Shown here: positions 1-22,100 of the stretch, one piece after another
How the letters are laid out: the number at the start of each line of letters is the position of its first letter
Numbering within the stretch: the stretch's first letter is position 1
Origin: Fonticula alba ATCC 38817
Lineage: Eukaryota > Protista > Nucleariida
Strand: one strand, 5' to 3'
Length of the DNA: 49,695 bases
Assembly: GCA_000388065.2 (NCBI GenBank)
Contig: KB932203.1
Translations under genes and position numbers: made by a program
The notes under the pieces: generated by a model
What the model was told of the DNA's origin: nothing
The model's input: the letters and a program-made list of their open reading frames with translations, nothing else
Database searches by the model: none

Positions 1-712
1 CCCCCCCCCCCCCGGCGTCCCCAGCCCAGCCCGGCTCTGGAAGCCTCCCCTGCCCGAATCTCTCGGAGCAGGCCGGCGGGTCGGCCGGGGGGCCGTGCGA
101 GGAGACGGGGGAGACGCACGGCGCACCCCGGGCAGTCTGCCGGGCCCGAAGTCGCGGCACAGCTGCACCCATGGCCCGGGGGTGGGACCGCGGCCGGGGA
201 GGGTGGGCTGTGCCGGGGAGTGCGCCCGGCGCCGGCGGTTACCCGGCTGGGCGGCACCGCCCCCCTCTGCCCCGGGGGGGGGAGACACTGTGTGTGGTGC
301 GTGTGTGTCCCTGTGTGTGTGTGTGTGTGTGTGGGGGGGGGGGGGGGGAGGGGGGACTTGCGTCCCGGGTGTGGGTGCCGCGCCTCCTGCCACCACCGGG
401 GTGGAGGGGAGCCAACATTGATGAGGGCCTGGCGCGCCGTCCGCCGGCGCCCCAGCCCCCCCGGCAGAGAACTCATTCCTTCCGTTTCTGTGGTCCGTCC
501 TCTCGCCCCTCGCGCGCCTGCATCCCCCCCCCCCGCCTCGCTTGCTGGCCGTCCCCTCGCGGCGGCCTCCACCTGCCCCGCTCCCCGCTGACATGGCCCG
601 CCCCCCCGCCCTCCCCTTCTCCCTCCCCCCTCTCGTGCATGCCCTCTCGCGCTGCCCTCCCCCCCCCCCTCTGCAGTTCCCCTCCCCCGCACCTCTCTCC
701 CCCAAAGCAAAA

Positions 713-2651
713 ATGGCCGTTCCCCCCAAGTTCGCTGACGTCGGCAAGATCTACCGCGATCTCCTCGACAAGGACTTCCCCAAGCACGGCCTCAAGGTCG
801 AGGCCAACGTCAACGCTGAGCCCCTCGTGCGTATCGGCCTCTTTGCGTGTGCCAGCCCTCATGCTCGGCCCCCTCCATCATGCCCCTCGGGCCCGCAGTG
901 TGCCGCGCCTCTCCTTCCTGCCTTCTGACCGCCGTCTCTCCGTCCATCGCCCGGAGCACAGACCGTCACCGCCACCGGCACCCACACCGACGGCAAGATC
1001 GTCGCCGCCGACCTGAAGTTCAAGTACACCGACAAGGCCAAGGGTATGTCCGTCGCCCGCGCGCTCGCTTCCTTTCCGTCTCCCTGCTCTTCCCCCTGGC
1101 TGGTCCCCTCCTCCGCCGGGCACCCCCGGGCCCGGCTCTCCCGCACCGGCCGCTGACCACTGACCCGTCTCCCCCCCTCCCGACACACACAGGCATCACC
1201 TTCACCAACCTCGTCAACACCAGCTCCGACCTCAAGAGCACCTTCGAGGCCAAGAACTTCCTCGTCAAGGGCGCCACCTTCGAGCTGGAGGGTCTCTTCA
1301 ACCCCAACAAGAAGTGCGTCGGCCTCGGCCATGTGGCCTCCTTCTCCTTCCCGCCTCCGGGCCTGGCCCCAGGTCCCGGCGGTGGCGGCCCCCTCCTCCC
1401 CCCTTCTCCTCCCTCCTCTTCCTCCCCCCTTCCCCGTGGGTTCAGTGTTAGTGTCTTGCTTGGCAGCTGCCGGCCTGGTGGAGGTGGTGGCGGCGGCGGT
1501 GGCAATCGCACTGGTGGCAGTCAGCCCTGGCGGCGACCCCGGCCGCCTGATGACCTGCCGTCTCCCCTGACGGGGGAGGAGCCCTGGCGGTGGTCGCCCC
1601 CCGGGGGGCTCCGCTTCCAACTGGCCATCACCTATGTGTCCCCCCTGCCCGGGGTTGCCGCTGTCGATGGCCCCGACACCGGTGATGGTGGTCCCGGCCT
1701 CCTCGCCAGCAGCCAGGATGCCGCCGGCGCCACTATCAGCGGCGCCTCCCCTGCCAGTCCCGATGCTCCTGCCCCTGCTCCGCGGCCTGCCCGGCGCCGG
1801 TCCGGCTTCCCGCCGCCCCCGGTTCCCGGCCGCGCACCCCTTTCCACCACGCGCGCGCGGCCGCCGCCGCCCCTTCGCGCCTTCCTCCGCCTTTCCATCC
1901 AAGAACCCCCCTCCTCAACGTATCATCCCCCCCCCCTCCCCCTCGCCTTTCCTTGTCGCATGTCGCCGCTGACACCGAGCTGTCCCCTCTCTCTCTCTCT
2001 CTCTCCCTCCCCCTCCCCCCTGCGCTGCCGCCCTGTGTCGGTCGCGCGTGCGCGCGCCTCTGTGTGTGTGTGTGTGTGGGTCTGGCCGCTCTCTTGCCCA
2101 GCTGCCGCAACCTCAAGCTCGTCACCGGCTTCTCCCAGGCCCACATCAACACCGACCTGACCGTCGCCCTGGCCCACGCCGACAAGTGCACCTCCAACGT
2201 CACCCTCAACGCCGTCACCAACTACGACCGCGTGCTGCTCGGTGTCTCCGCCAATGTCGACCTGTCCGACAAGAAGTTCAACCTCAACAAGCTGAACACC
2301 GCCGGTTCCTTCCTCGGCAACGGCTACGAGGTCTCCGTCGGCACTGAGGCCGCCGGCTGCGCCGTCCCCAAGAACCTGTCCGTCTCCTTCGTCAAGGACG
2401 TCGTCCCCCGCGAGCTGACCATCGGTTCTTCCGCCAAGTACACCTTCGACAAGAAGGAGGTCAAGCTGGACCTCGCCTCGCGCATTGCCCTCAGCCCCAA
2501 CGCCTACCTCAAGGCCAAGGTCGACTCCACCGGTGTCGCTGGTGTTGTCTACTCTCAGCTCATCCGCCCGGAGGTCCGCATGACCGTCGGCGGTACCGTC
2601 AACAAGACCCTGGCCGACAGCCGCGTCGGTGTCACCTTCGTCTACAACTAA
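713..2651 (+). CDS. VDAC: Voltage-dependent anion channel (mitochondrial porin), 288 aa, 4 exons
   Basis: Exons 713-826, 962-1043, 1193-1313, 2102-2651 (867 nt), all GT-AG. N-terminus MAVPPKFADVGKIYRDLLDKDF matches the VDAC N-terminal helix. Alternating beta-strands follow, ending in ..LKAKVDSTGVAGVVYSQLIRPEVRMTVGG..SRVGVTFVYN. Length is typical for VDAC. Confidence 0.95.
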
Positions 2652-2659
2652 GCGCGTCT

Positions 2660-2699
<40 letters not shown>

Positions 2700-3105
2700 T
2701 CGCTTGCTGCCTCGCCCGTGTGGGGGATCGGCGGCCGGCGCGGGGCAAGAGGGGGGTGTGTGCGCGCGCGCGTGCCCGCTCGCTGAACGCGCACCTCTCC
2801 TCCCCCCGCCGCGGTGTGGGCCTCTCGCCCCGGGTGCTTTTCTCTTGCGCGCACGCGCACTCTCCCCCCTCCCAGCTATAAAAACAGGGGCAGGCCGGCT
2901 CAGTGCCTCCCTCTCTCTCGCGCCGGCCTTCCGCTTTTCTTTTTGCTGCGCGCGCGTGTGTGTGTGCGTGTATCTGCGCGCCCGCGCATATACGCACACG
3001 GCCTTGTTCTCTTTCTTTCTCCACTTCTAGTTTTAGTCCAATACAGCTATTCTGGGAGTGTCGCGCCTTGTGTGTTGTTCTCCGTGTGTGTGTGTGTGTG
3101 TGTGT

Positions 3106-3875
3106 NNNNNNNNNNNNNNNNNNNNNNNNNNNNNNNNNNNNNNNNNNNNNNNNNNNNNNNNNNNNNNNNNNNNNNNNNNNNNNNNNNNNNNNNNNNNNNN
3201 NNNNNNNNNNNNNNNNNNNNNNNNNNNNNNNNNNNNNNNNNNNNNNNNNNNNNNNNNNNNNNNNNNNNNNNNNNNNNNNNNNNNNNNNNNNNNNNNNNNN
3301 NNNNNNNNNNNNNNNNNNNNNNNNNNNNNNNNNNNNNNNNNNNNNNNNNNNNNNNNNNNNNNNNNNNNNNNNNNNNNNNNNNNNNNNNNNNNNNNNNNNN
3401 NNNNNNNNNNNNNNNNNNNNNNNNNNNNNNNNNNNNNNNNNNNNNNNNNNNNNNNNNNNNNNNNNNNNNNNNNNNNNNNNNNNNNNNNNNNNNNNNNNNN
3501 NNNNNNNNNNNNNNNNNNNNNNNNNNNNNNNNNNNNNNNNNNNNNNNNNNNNNNNNNNNNNNNNNNNNNNNNNNNNNNNNNNNNNNNNNNNNNNNNNNNN
3601 NNNNNNNNNNNNNNNNNNNNNNNNNNNNNNNNNNNNNNNNNNNNNNNNNNNNNNNNNNNNNNNNNNNNNNNNNNNNNNNNNNNNNNNNNNNNNNNNNNNN
3701 NNNNNNNNNNNNNNNNNNNNNNNNNNNNNNNNNNNNNNNNNNNNNNNNNNNNNNNNNNNNNNNNNNNNNNNNNNNNNNNNNNNNNNNNNNNNNNNNNNNN
3801 NNNNNNNNNNNNNNNNNNNNNNNNNNNNNNNNNNNNNNNNNNNNNNNNNNNNNNNNNNNNNNNNNNNNNNNNNNN
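3106..3875. other. Assembly gap (N run)
   Basis: 770 N. Smaller gaps at 7913-7922 and 14763-14836. Confidence 0.99.
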
Positions 3876-3885
3876 CCCCCCCCCC

Positions 3886-4290
3886 GTCGGGCATTGTCTC
3901 GGCTCGAGCGCAGGCAGGGGGGCACCGGTGCCCCTACCGGGCGCCGGCCATCAGCGGCGAGTGCGGGTGCTGACCCAGCGCGTGGTCCCGACCGGCGGAC
4001 ATGCCACCCCCGGCAGCGAGGGCCGGCCCCTCGGCGAAGGAGGATGCCGACCTGGAGAAGGACACCCCGCCGCGGTCGCCCCCCCCCCCCCCCCCCCGTC
4101 GGGCATTGTCTCGGCTCGAGCGCAGGCAGGGGGGCACCGGTGCCCCTACCGGGCGCCGGCCATCAGCGGCGAGTGCGGGTGCTGACCCAGCGCGTGGTCC
4201 CGACCGGCGGACATGCCACCCCCGGCAGCGAGGGCCGGCCCCTCGGCGAAGGAGGATGCCGACCTGGAGAAGGACACCCCGCCGCGGTCG
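3886..4290. repeat. Perfect 193-bp direct duplication (3886-4078 = 4098-4290) joined by poly-C, next to a gap
   Basis: The two copies are identical, each is preceded by a poly-C run, and they abut gap 3106-3875. The duplicated segment is the 3' end of the MFS CDS. Probably an assembly artefact. Confidence 0.85.
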
Positions 4291-7200
4291 ACAAAAGGCG
4301 AGGCAGGACAGCTGTCCCCGACCGCGGCGGCAGAGGTGACGGCCGCGGCTGCCGCCGCCGCCCGGTCCATTTCCGCCTGGATGTCCAGCAAATTGGCCTC
4401 ATACGACCGGAAGATGGTCGGGTGGTAGAGGAAGGAGCTGAGCCAGACCACCAGGAAGAGCAGACACACGGCCAGCAGGGCCAGGCCCGGCATGCCGGCG
4501 CGCTCGGCAGCACCCCAGATCAAGCCGATCAGGAAGGGCCCGATGGTGCGGCCCATGGCGGCCAGGGTCTGCCCCACGCCATTGGCCTCGCCGAGGCTGG
4601 GGGCCGAGAGGGATGGCACGCATACGAGTCAGTGTCACCAAGGGGGGAGGGGGGAGGGGGGGGGGGGGGGGAGGAGCCCAGCGAGCAAGGGCCCCCCTCC
4701 CCCGGCACACAGGCGGCCGCATGTGCACGCGTACCTCGATTGCGGGACCGAGTTGTTGATGTACACCATGACCGTGGTCAGGCCGGTGACATTGTTGACG
4801 CCGCGCGAAATGCACACGCTCACCAGCATCACCCAGAGGAGGGCCTCGCTGCCGGTCCACACGAAGACCCGCTGCGTCAGGCCCAGAGCCAGGGTGATGG
4901 GGATGACCATGAGCGCCCCGAAGCGCATGAGGGTCTGCCGGTGGCGGGGGCGCGTGCAGGCGTGCGAGCGCATGGGCGCAGGTGGCGCCAGGGGGGCCGA
5001 CGGGGCAGGTAGAGATTAGCCGGGGATGCGGGGGCCGGGGGCCGGGGGCCGGGCAGGCGTGTCGACCAGCGGAAGGTGGCTGGCGGGCAAGAGAAAGGCA
5101 CCACCAGACGGCAGGAGGCCGGTGGGGCGAGGAGAGGGGGGAGGGGAGGGGGGGGGGGACCAAGACCCCTGGCACCGAGGAAAGGCACGCACCACTAGGT
5201 GAAAACGCCGCGACACATGCCCATACAGGAACATGGAGTAGGGCGCGGTGGCGATGCCGATGGCCGCGAAAATGAGCCCCGATTGGCTGGATGTCCGGCC
5301 GAGGCCGCCCTCCTCCACCGGGAGCCGCGCAAACAGCGGCATCATCCCATCCCACGAGGAGTTGGACATCGAGAAAAGCCCGTACACCAGGGTGGCTATG
5401 AGTAGGTTGCGCCCGGCCGGCGGCAGGGCTGGGGCCTCTGCCGACTGGGCTCCCGCCTCGCCGGGGCCCAAATCCCGCAGGGGAATGGCCTCCCCGAGCC
5501 CCAGGGCATCCTCCTGCACCGGGGCGTATCGCCGGCTGGGGGAGGAGGTCCGTGCGCGGCGCACGCACCCCGCCAGCCCGGCATACAGGCGGCCGATGCC
5601 GCGGGTGGCGTCCGCATACAGGGCGGCAAGGGCCTCCGGCAGGAGGCCCCCAGGCGGCGGAGCCGGCGGCTTGATGGTCATCGATGCCTCGAGGCCGATC
5701 TGGTGCTCGAGCGGATCATCCGGCGTGGAGCGTGCCGACCCGGAGGACAGGCCGCTGTCCAGCAGCAGGATCGTCAGCACCAGCGACAGCAGGCAGAAGC
5801 AGGAGGCCAGCAGCAACGGCAGGAAGAAGGGCGACGCCAGCCAGAAGGGCGCCGGGAAGAGCCCGGGATACTGCCGGCCCGGATCATAAAGCAGCCCCCC
5901 CAGGAAGGGAGCCAGCACCGAGCCGATGGACCACACCGCCGACAGGTACGAGAAGGCCAGGCGTTGGTTGGTGTTGTCCGTGATCCGGCCCAGGTAGGAC
6001 TTGATGGTGCCGATGTTGCCATTGCATAGGCCGGCCAGGAAACGCAGGGCCAATGCCTGCCAGTAGGCCTTCGTCAGGCCGAAGAAGAAGGACGCGACAA
6101 AGGTCACCGACAGCGAGAAGGTGATGACCTGTGCCATCGGGTGGGGACGGCGAGCGCGCGCGCGCGCACACACACACACACACACGCACGGCAGGGAGCC
6201 GGGAAGGGGGGCGGCGATGGGGGGTGTTTGTGTCAGAATGTCAGCCGACGCCCCAGGCCAGGCGGGGGAGGGGGAGAAGGCGTCGAAAGGGGAAGAGGGC
6301 ATCCCAGCAAAAAAAGACCCAGCCCAACTGCAACAAGGAGGCAAATCCCGGCGCGATGCCGCCAGCGCGGCGGAGGGGGAGGGAAGAGGAGGAGGCAGGA
6401 TGCAAGCAGGCACGGGCACGGTACCTTCTTCGGGCCCAGGCGATCCGCCAGCCGGCCCCAGGCGTACGCCGAGCACAGCTGGCCCAAAGCAAAGGACGAC
6501 AGCAGGATCCCGGAATAGAAGCCCACCTGGCTGGGGTCAACTTCCGGGAAGCTGGCCACCATGAACGGCACAAAGGGCAGGATCATGTTCAGCTGCATGC
6601 CCTCGCTGAATTGCACCAACAACACAATGGACAACGATCGCCAGGGCAGCGGGGTGATGGCCGGCGGGGGGGACCCGGACAGGGTGGTCCCCGGGTCGCC
6701 GGACTCCGGCACCGGGGCCAGCCGCGAGCGCTGGCGCACCGTGGCCGATGAGGCGCGCCGTGGGAAGCCGGCACTCGCGCGGCCAAGCCCCGGGGTGGCA
6801 CTTCCCCATGGCCGCATGGTCGCCGGGTCCAGGCGCGACCCGCACTCCGGGCAGCAGGGCCCATCATCCACCGGCCCCGGGGTGCCAGCCTCCCCCAGCT
6901 GCAGGGCTTCCACCGGGAGGATGCGCGGCTCGATCGAGCCCCCGGGGCCCGGCGGCGGGGCATCCCCCCCGGGCCCGGCGGCGCCCACCGGCCCCAACAC
7001 CCCGGAGGAGAAGGGCTGCGCCGCGCCGCACTCCGCGCACCCGCGGTTCAGCAGGGTCAATGTCGTCAGCGGCGAGGCCATGTCCCCGAGGCTGGCCCGA
7101 CTGGCGGCCTCCTCCCGGGCCACGACCACCGCTCGGCGGAAGTCCGCACTATGGCGATGGGACACCCCGCTGCTGAAGCTCCCCCGGGGCCCGCCGCCGA

Positions 7201-7669
7201 AGGGGGCCAGCTCCGAATGCCGGCTGGCGAAGGACACCGGCGACGCCGAGCCCATCGGGTCCAGGCGCAGATCCGGCGACCAGGGCCCCGGCTGCGGGAC
7301 GGCCCCGAGCGCCATCGCCGGGGGCAGGGCCGCCGGTGATCCGGGTCCCGCCGTCCAACGGACCGCCAGATGGTCCTCCGAGTGCGAAGCGAGCACGCGC
7401 GGCCGGGCGCCAAAGCCCCCGGCCACCGGCAGGCCCATTTGCTCCGGCCCCGAGAGCGCCATGCCGGTTGTCAGTGCCACCGGCGAGACAGCGGCCGAGT
7501 CATCCCACAGCTCGGACGACGAGGGATCCCGCTCAGCCACCAGGTCCAGGGCCGAGGCCGACCTCAAGCCGGTGGACGACCCGGCCGGGGCGCCCGTCAG
7601 GAGGGGCCCCTCCTCATCGGAAGTGGACGAGTCGCCGCCGTGCCCGACGAGTAACCTGCCGTGTGGCAT
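4146..7669 (-). CDS. MFS transporter, ZIFL1/YCR023C-like, with long N-terminal extension, 943 aa, 4 exons
   Basis: Exons 7669-6425, 6128-5193, 4934-4735, 4596-4146 (2832 nt). Motifs: PLPWRSLSIVLLVQFSEGMQLNMILPFVPFMV, VGFYSGILLSSFALGQ, MFS motif A WGRLADRLGPKKV, RFLAGLCNGNIGTIKSYLGRITD, and GEANGVGQTLAAMGRTIGP. About 12 hydrophobic segments. The start ATG at 7669 is the most plausible choice but is not proven. Confidence 0.88.
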
Positions 7670-8209
7670 GGTTCCGAGGGGACCGGCGAGGGGGGACCGG
7701 CGAGGGCCGAAGTGGAGGGCAGGAAAGAAAAATAAAGGCCCCGGCGAATGGAGCAGCCAGGCGGGCAGAGACACGATTCGGACAAAGAGCAAGACAACGC
7801 AAAACCGAAGGCCGGCAGGGCGAGCTACGAGGCGCAAGGGAGAGTGGAGGATGACCCGTCCTCCGGTTCCAGGAGACCGGCCCGGGGCGCGGGCTCTCAA
7901 GGGACGCCCCCCNNNNNNNNNNGCGGCTGCGCGATCCGCGGGCACCCGGGCGCGATCGCGCCGCACAGAGCAGACGCGGCCAGCGCCGGGCACCGACCAC
8001 GCACGTCCTCTGCGCAGGACACCCCCCCCCCCCCCCAGACACACACACACACGCCCTACGAGGCACACGTTTTGAGGCGCCAGTCCGGCGCGGCGGGCGA
8101 AACCAGCGGCTGCACGCCACACGCTTGCCCCGCCAGCGGGGTGGGCTTCCTCCCGTGCCTTTCCTCCTGCAGGCCATCCTCCGACTCCTTGCCGGCCTCT
8201 CTCTCTCTC

Positions 8210-8265
<56 letters not shown>

Positions 8266-8869
8266 CTCCTTCCGTCGGGGCGTCCCCGCCCATGACCCGA
8301 CGGCGGGACGTCCTTCGATCGCTTGCGGAGGGGGGAATGCCGGGGGCGGGGGGCCCCCTTTTGGGGGCCGAGGCTGCGCCCCACTGACCGGGGACCGGGG
8401 AAACACCAGTCACATCAGTCTCCCCTCACTCTGCCCCCCCCCCCCCCCCCACCCGTACACCGCCGGCGCTAGCCCGATGCACCAGATTGCAGAGCATACT
8501 CGCGCGCGCGTGTGCGCGCTCGCGAACAGACACGACGGCCGCGCAGGTCATTGACAAGTGCCAACGCACGGGCCTCCGATCGTGTGCCAGGAGACAACAC
8601 ACTGTTCACAGAAAAAAGAAGGGAGCGGGGGGGGGGGGCCGGGCGAGGGTGTATTCCGTCTGGGGCCCGGCGTGCGTGTGCGCACGCACGCAGATCGGCC
8701 CCCAGGGCGGCAGAGAGGGGAGGCGGGGAGAGAAACAAGGAGGAGGACCCCCCTCTTTCGCCAGCCATATGGTACAAGGAGGAGGGGGAAGACGCATGAG
8801 GGGATGTGCGCGGACACACATTCACAAACACACAGGCACACGCACACAGGCATACAGCAGACGCACGAT

Positions 8870-17919
<9,050 letters not shown>

Positions 17920-18367
17920 AGCGCTCCCGGGGCAGATGATGCGGCGGCCGGCCTGGCGGGCGGCTCACGAGCGGCAGAAAGCCGGCTGTGTGTGTGTGTG
18001 TGTGTGCGGACACGCGCAGGCGCACACGCACGAAGCGCCAGCGGCGGTCGGTTCAGGTGTCACCAGTGCCGGTGCTCACTCGGCGCGACCGTTGGATTGA
18101 CACAGGAGGGCGGGCGGCGCCGGGGAGGGAACGCGAGCGAGCGATCGAATGAGCAGATAGGCAGGGCGGGGAGAGGGGAGGGGGGGCGGGGGAGGGGGGC
18201 GCCAGGGCGAGGAGAAGGGCAGCAAACAAAGCACGGGCAAAAGGGAGGGGCAGGAAGGGGAGTGGAGTGGGATGTTCGGGCGTTCGATCGGCCTCTCCAC
18301 GCGACCACTCTTTTCGTCGGGCACGGTATTCACCCCGTCGCGCGGTCTCCCCTCGTCCCTCGCCTCC

Positions 18368-18419
<52 letters not shown>

Positions 18420-19165
18420 GAGGGGGGGCGGGGGGAAGGGACCGCGCGCTCCCACGCGCGGTGTGCGCGTCGGGTCAGATTGCCACCTCTCGCCGAGCAT
18501 GCACGGCTCCCGGCCTGGTGGTGGGTATAGCGGGTGCAGGCGCGGACCAAGGCAATTTGCTCGGCCCCCCCCCCCCCCCCTGCAGGGGCGGCTTGCAGAC
18601 GGTGGTCGGGCCGCTCCGGCGTGCGGCCGCCGTTTCACGGCTCGCATCCCCCATGGTCTACGAGAGGTCCGGACCCTAGGGAGAAGAGCGCAAGTCCCAA
18701 CGCCGGTGCCCCCGAAACAGCCCTCCAGATGAGGTGCCTACCGACCGGCGGGGCCGGCCGCGATCGCGCGGCCTTTCGCCGGCAGATTGCGGCTCGCCCG
18801 TGTGTCGTTCGCCGGCCGATCGGGCCCGTCGCTCCCCCGCCCCCGCGCGCACCGCGCCGAGCCGCCCCGCCCAGCCCCGCCCCCGCACGACCCCTACTCA
18901 GAGCACACGCTCCCTCCCTCCCTCCCTCCCTCGGGCAGGGAAGGCATGCTTGCACATGTGCGAGTACGCCGCCTCCCGGGGGACGACCCGAGCCCCCCCC
19001 CCCCCCCCCCCACATACACACACATGCACCCTCCACCACCTAGACACAAGCACCCTTGTCCGCCCCTTTCCCCTGTGCCCCCTCTCCCCGGTCCCCCTTC
19101 CGCCGGCTCTCCCCTCGCGCTGCCCCAGCCTCGCAGTCCCGCCTTCCGATTGCGATACACGCCCA

Positions 19166-22100
19166 ATGTCGCGCCCCCCGGCCGGTGGCAAGTCCACCGG
19201 GCAGTCGTTTCTGGCCGGGATCCGTCTTGAACGGGATGCGCGCCCGGGCGATGTGGCCGACGTATCTGCCGGCCGGCTGGAATCCCGTCGGTCAACCAGC
19301 CGCCACACACGATCCCCCTCGCCGGGGCTGACCAGGAGCAACGACCACCACGACGATGATGGTGGCTCCAGCGACGATGGCCACAGCAGGTCGCCCGACA
19401 GCGGGCCCGAGGGTGTCCACGGCCGCCGGACAGGCAACGCCTGGCCGGATAGCCATGCGCGGCGGCCGCGGCGTCCCCTCCCACCGGGTGCCGCCCTCCA
19501 GTCGCCGCCGTCAGCAGCAGCCGCCGCCGCCGCCGCAGCACCAGCGCAGCGGCGACAACCGCAACCCCGCCCCACCGATACGCGCACCACCGCGCGTTCC
19601 TTCCTGTCTGGCATCCAATTCGAGCCAAGTCGCTCCGCAATCCCGCCCCTGGCCGCGTCGGATTTCCCCGGCTCCCGGCCGCATTACTCCAGCGACGACG
19701 AGTATACCCTCCCCTGGTCCGATGACCCGGCCGCGGAAGAGGAGGACGAGGACGAGGAGGAGGAGGAGGAGGAGTTCTTCGAGCTGTCGGACGACGAGTC
19801 CTTCGTATCGACGCGTGCCACGAATCGCTTCTACAAGCCGGCCGTCCGGGGGCGCGCCTCCCTGTCGGCCATCTCCCCAGGCGGAGTGTACTTCTCTCTG
19901 CGCGATCATCGTCGCCAAGTGGGGTCCTTCAGCTCGCTCAGCTTCCTCAGCGACGCGCCCACTGGCTATGAGCCTGGCATCTACTCCGATGAATACTCCT
20001 CCCGGTCACGGTCGCCCACTCCCTCGCCGCCTGGGGGCTTCCCCCGGCCCGGCGGCGGGCGCGCCTCGCCGGACCCGGTGCCAGATGCCCGGCGTGCACC
20101 GGATCCCCCTCCGGAGCCCTTGCCCTTGGCCGCCCCGGCCACAGCTGCCCTGGTCCCTGCCCCGGTGTCTGCTCCGGCCGTGGCCGATACCACGCCGGCC
20201 CCGGATCCGCCGGCCATCATTGCCAGTCCCCCTCCTGGTGCGCCGTCGCGCCGACTTGCCCCCCAGCTCGATCTATGCCCTCCCCTTCTCTCTTTCCTTT
20301 TTAGCATACATGGCCCGTGCATCTGGCGGCTGCTCCGCGCTCTAACAGCCCCCTCCCGCCCCGGTTGGTGGCGAGGCTCCCCTCCCCGATAGCTCCCTCT
20401 CGATATGTGTACATCGACAACCTGACGGCAGTTCTGCCAGCGTCCCTCAGTCACCCGCGGGGTGCCGACGAGGATGCGTATGCCGATGCCGATGCGGTTC
20501 TTCGTTTCAGTCTCGTGGCCAAGTCCATGGTGCGTGTATTCTCCCCCCCCCCCCCCCCCCCCCCCCTCTCCCTGCCAGGGGCATCCACATGTCACGCCAT
20601 GGCTGTCGAACACGCCATTTGGCTCTCTCTCCCTCCCTGTCTCTTTCTTTTTCCGGTCCCTGGAGCTTCTCTTGGGTCTCCCTTTTTTGACCCCCCCCCT
20701 CCCCGGGCCTCGGGCCTGTCCTGCTTCAGTCACCTGCCGGCTCGCTGATCGGCGGCTTTTCCACCATCCCCTTTGGGGCGTCCGGGCACCAGTCACGCAA
20801 GCAGTGCGTCCCTCCCTCTCCCTCTCTCTCTGTCTGCCATTCTCGTCCTTCCTCTGCCTCTTCCCTTCCTGCCGCATGGCGTCTTGTGCACGCCTGCCCA
20901 TGAGTCCATGCATGCCACCTTACACTGTCTGACATTTCCTCGCATGGCGCCAGGAAAACCAACTACATCCCCCTTCAGAAGACTCCTGTGCAAACCTATG
21001 ACTACCTTTTCGCCCCGGACGCCGCATCGGACTATGTCGACCGGAACTACACTCCCCTCACCCTGGACAATCCACAACTTCGTCGTGGGCGCTTCAAGAC
21101 CGTACAGTCGCTGCCCTTTATGATGGTGCGCTCCAGGCACCACGCCCCTGAAAGAAGACACCTCCCTCTTGCCGGGAACAATATGCTAACGCACACACGC
21201 ACACACACACACACACACACATGGGCACATGCGAGCCCAGTTCTCCACAATCCCACATGTCAAGTCGGTGGACTTGGTCAACGAACTGAATGAGCAGTTC
21301 CGCCTTCACAATCCCGGCCTCCCGGCCGATGTTACCTTGGATCTCATCCGCCAAACCAAGGACCGCATGGTGACTGTGGGAAAGGTGCGTGCTTGTCCTC
21401 TACGCCGGGTGGGGCAGGGCCAATCACGAGCACGCATCCGCCTTGAGCAACATGGCCATAGTGACCCTCTGTATCTGTATCCGCCTCGCCGCGCACACCG
21501 CAAGCACAGGAGGTTGACATGGAAGTGTTGGATATCGCCTGTGCCTTCGTGTATCTGGAGAAACTCATTCTGAAGGTACCTCTGGTGGCCCATGCCAGGC
21601 GTCCTCCCCTGGATTATCTTTCTCTTTCTCTCTCTCCCTCTCCTTTGTGTGTGTGTGTGTGCGCGCGCGCGCGCACGGCCGCTGACATGGCTCCCTTCTG
21701 GGTGTGTCCGTCCTGGCGCCATGCAGAAACGCGTGAACAAGGACACCATTCGCCTGGTGGCCGGGGTGTGTTTGCTGCTGGCGGCCAAAATCAGCGACCT
21801 CGACTCTCGGCCGCCGCCCTTCAACTACTACTACATGCCACCGGAGCCAAGCCAGCCCCCCTCGCGGCCGCCCTCGCCGAATAGCAGCTCCAGCCGGCTG
21901 TCACTGGGTGTAGATCGGCCGGCCGCGCGGGATGGGGCTCGCCAGGGCCCACAGGCGTCGGCGCCGACGCCGGCGCCGCCACTGCCGCCGCCCTCGCCGC
22001 CGCTGCTGCCGGCTGGCGAAACCGTGCTCGTGGCCCCGCCCTCCGCGGCGGAGCTGCGGCAACTCGCGCACCAGCACCCCGGCCCGGAGGGGACAACCAC

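Noticed and set aside
95-700. ORFs upstream of VDAC and other ORFs made of poly-P/G/R or CVCVCV/THTHTH/ERERER
   Set aside because: Translations of homopolymer and dinucleotide microsatellite tracts in intergenic or intronic DNA.
1532-1598. SECIS element or box C/D snoRNA in VDAC intron 3
   Set aside because: No apical AA and helix II is too short for a SECIS, which would also be in the wrong location. The C and D boxes are only 13 nt apart, too close for a guide snoRNA. Kept only as a generic structured-RNA candidate.
3886-4290. Apparent tandem duplication of the MFS gene 3' end
   Set aside because: 100% identical, bounded by poly-C and adjacent to an N gap. This is the signature of a contig-overlap artefact rather than biology.
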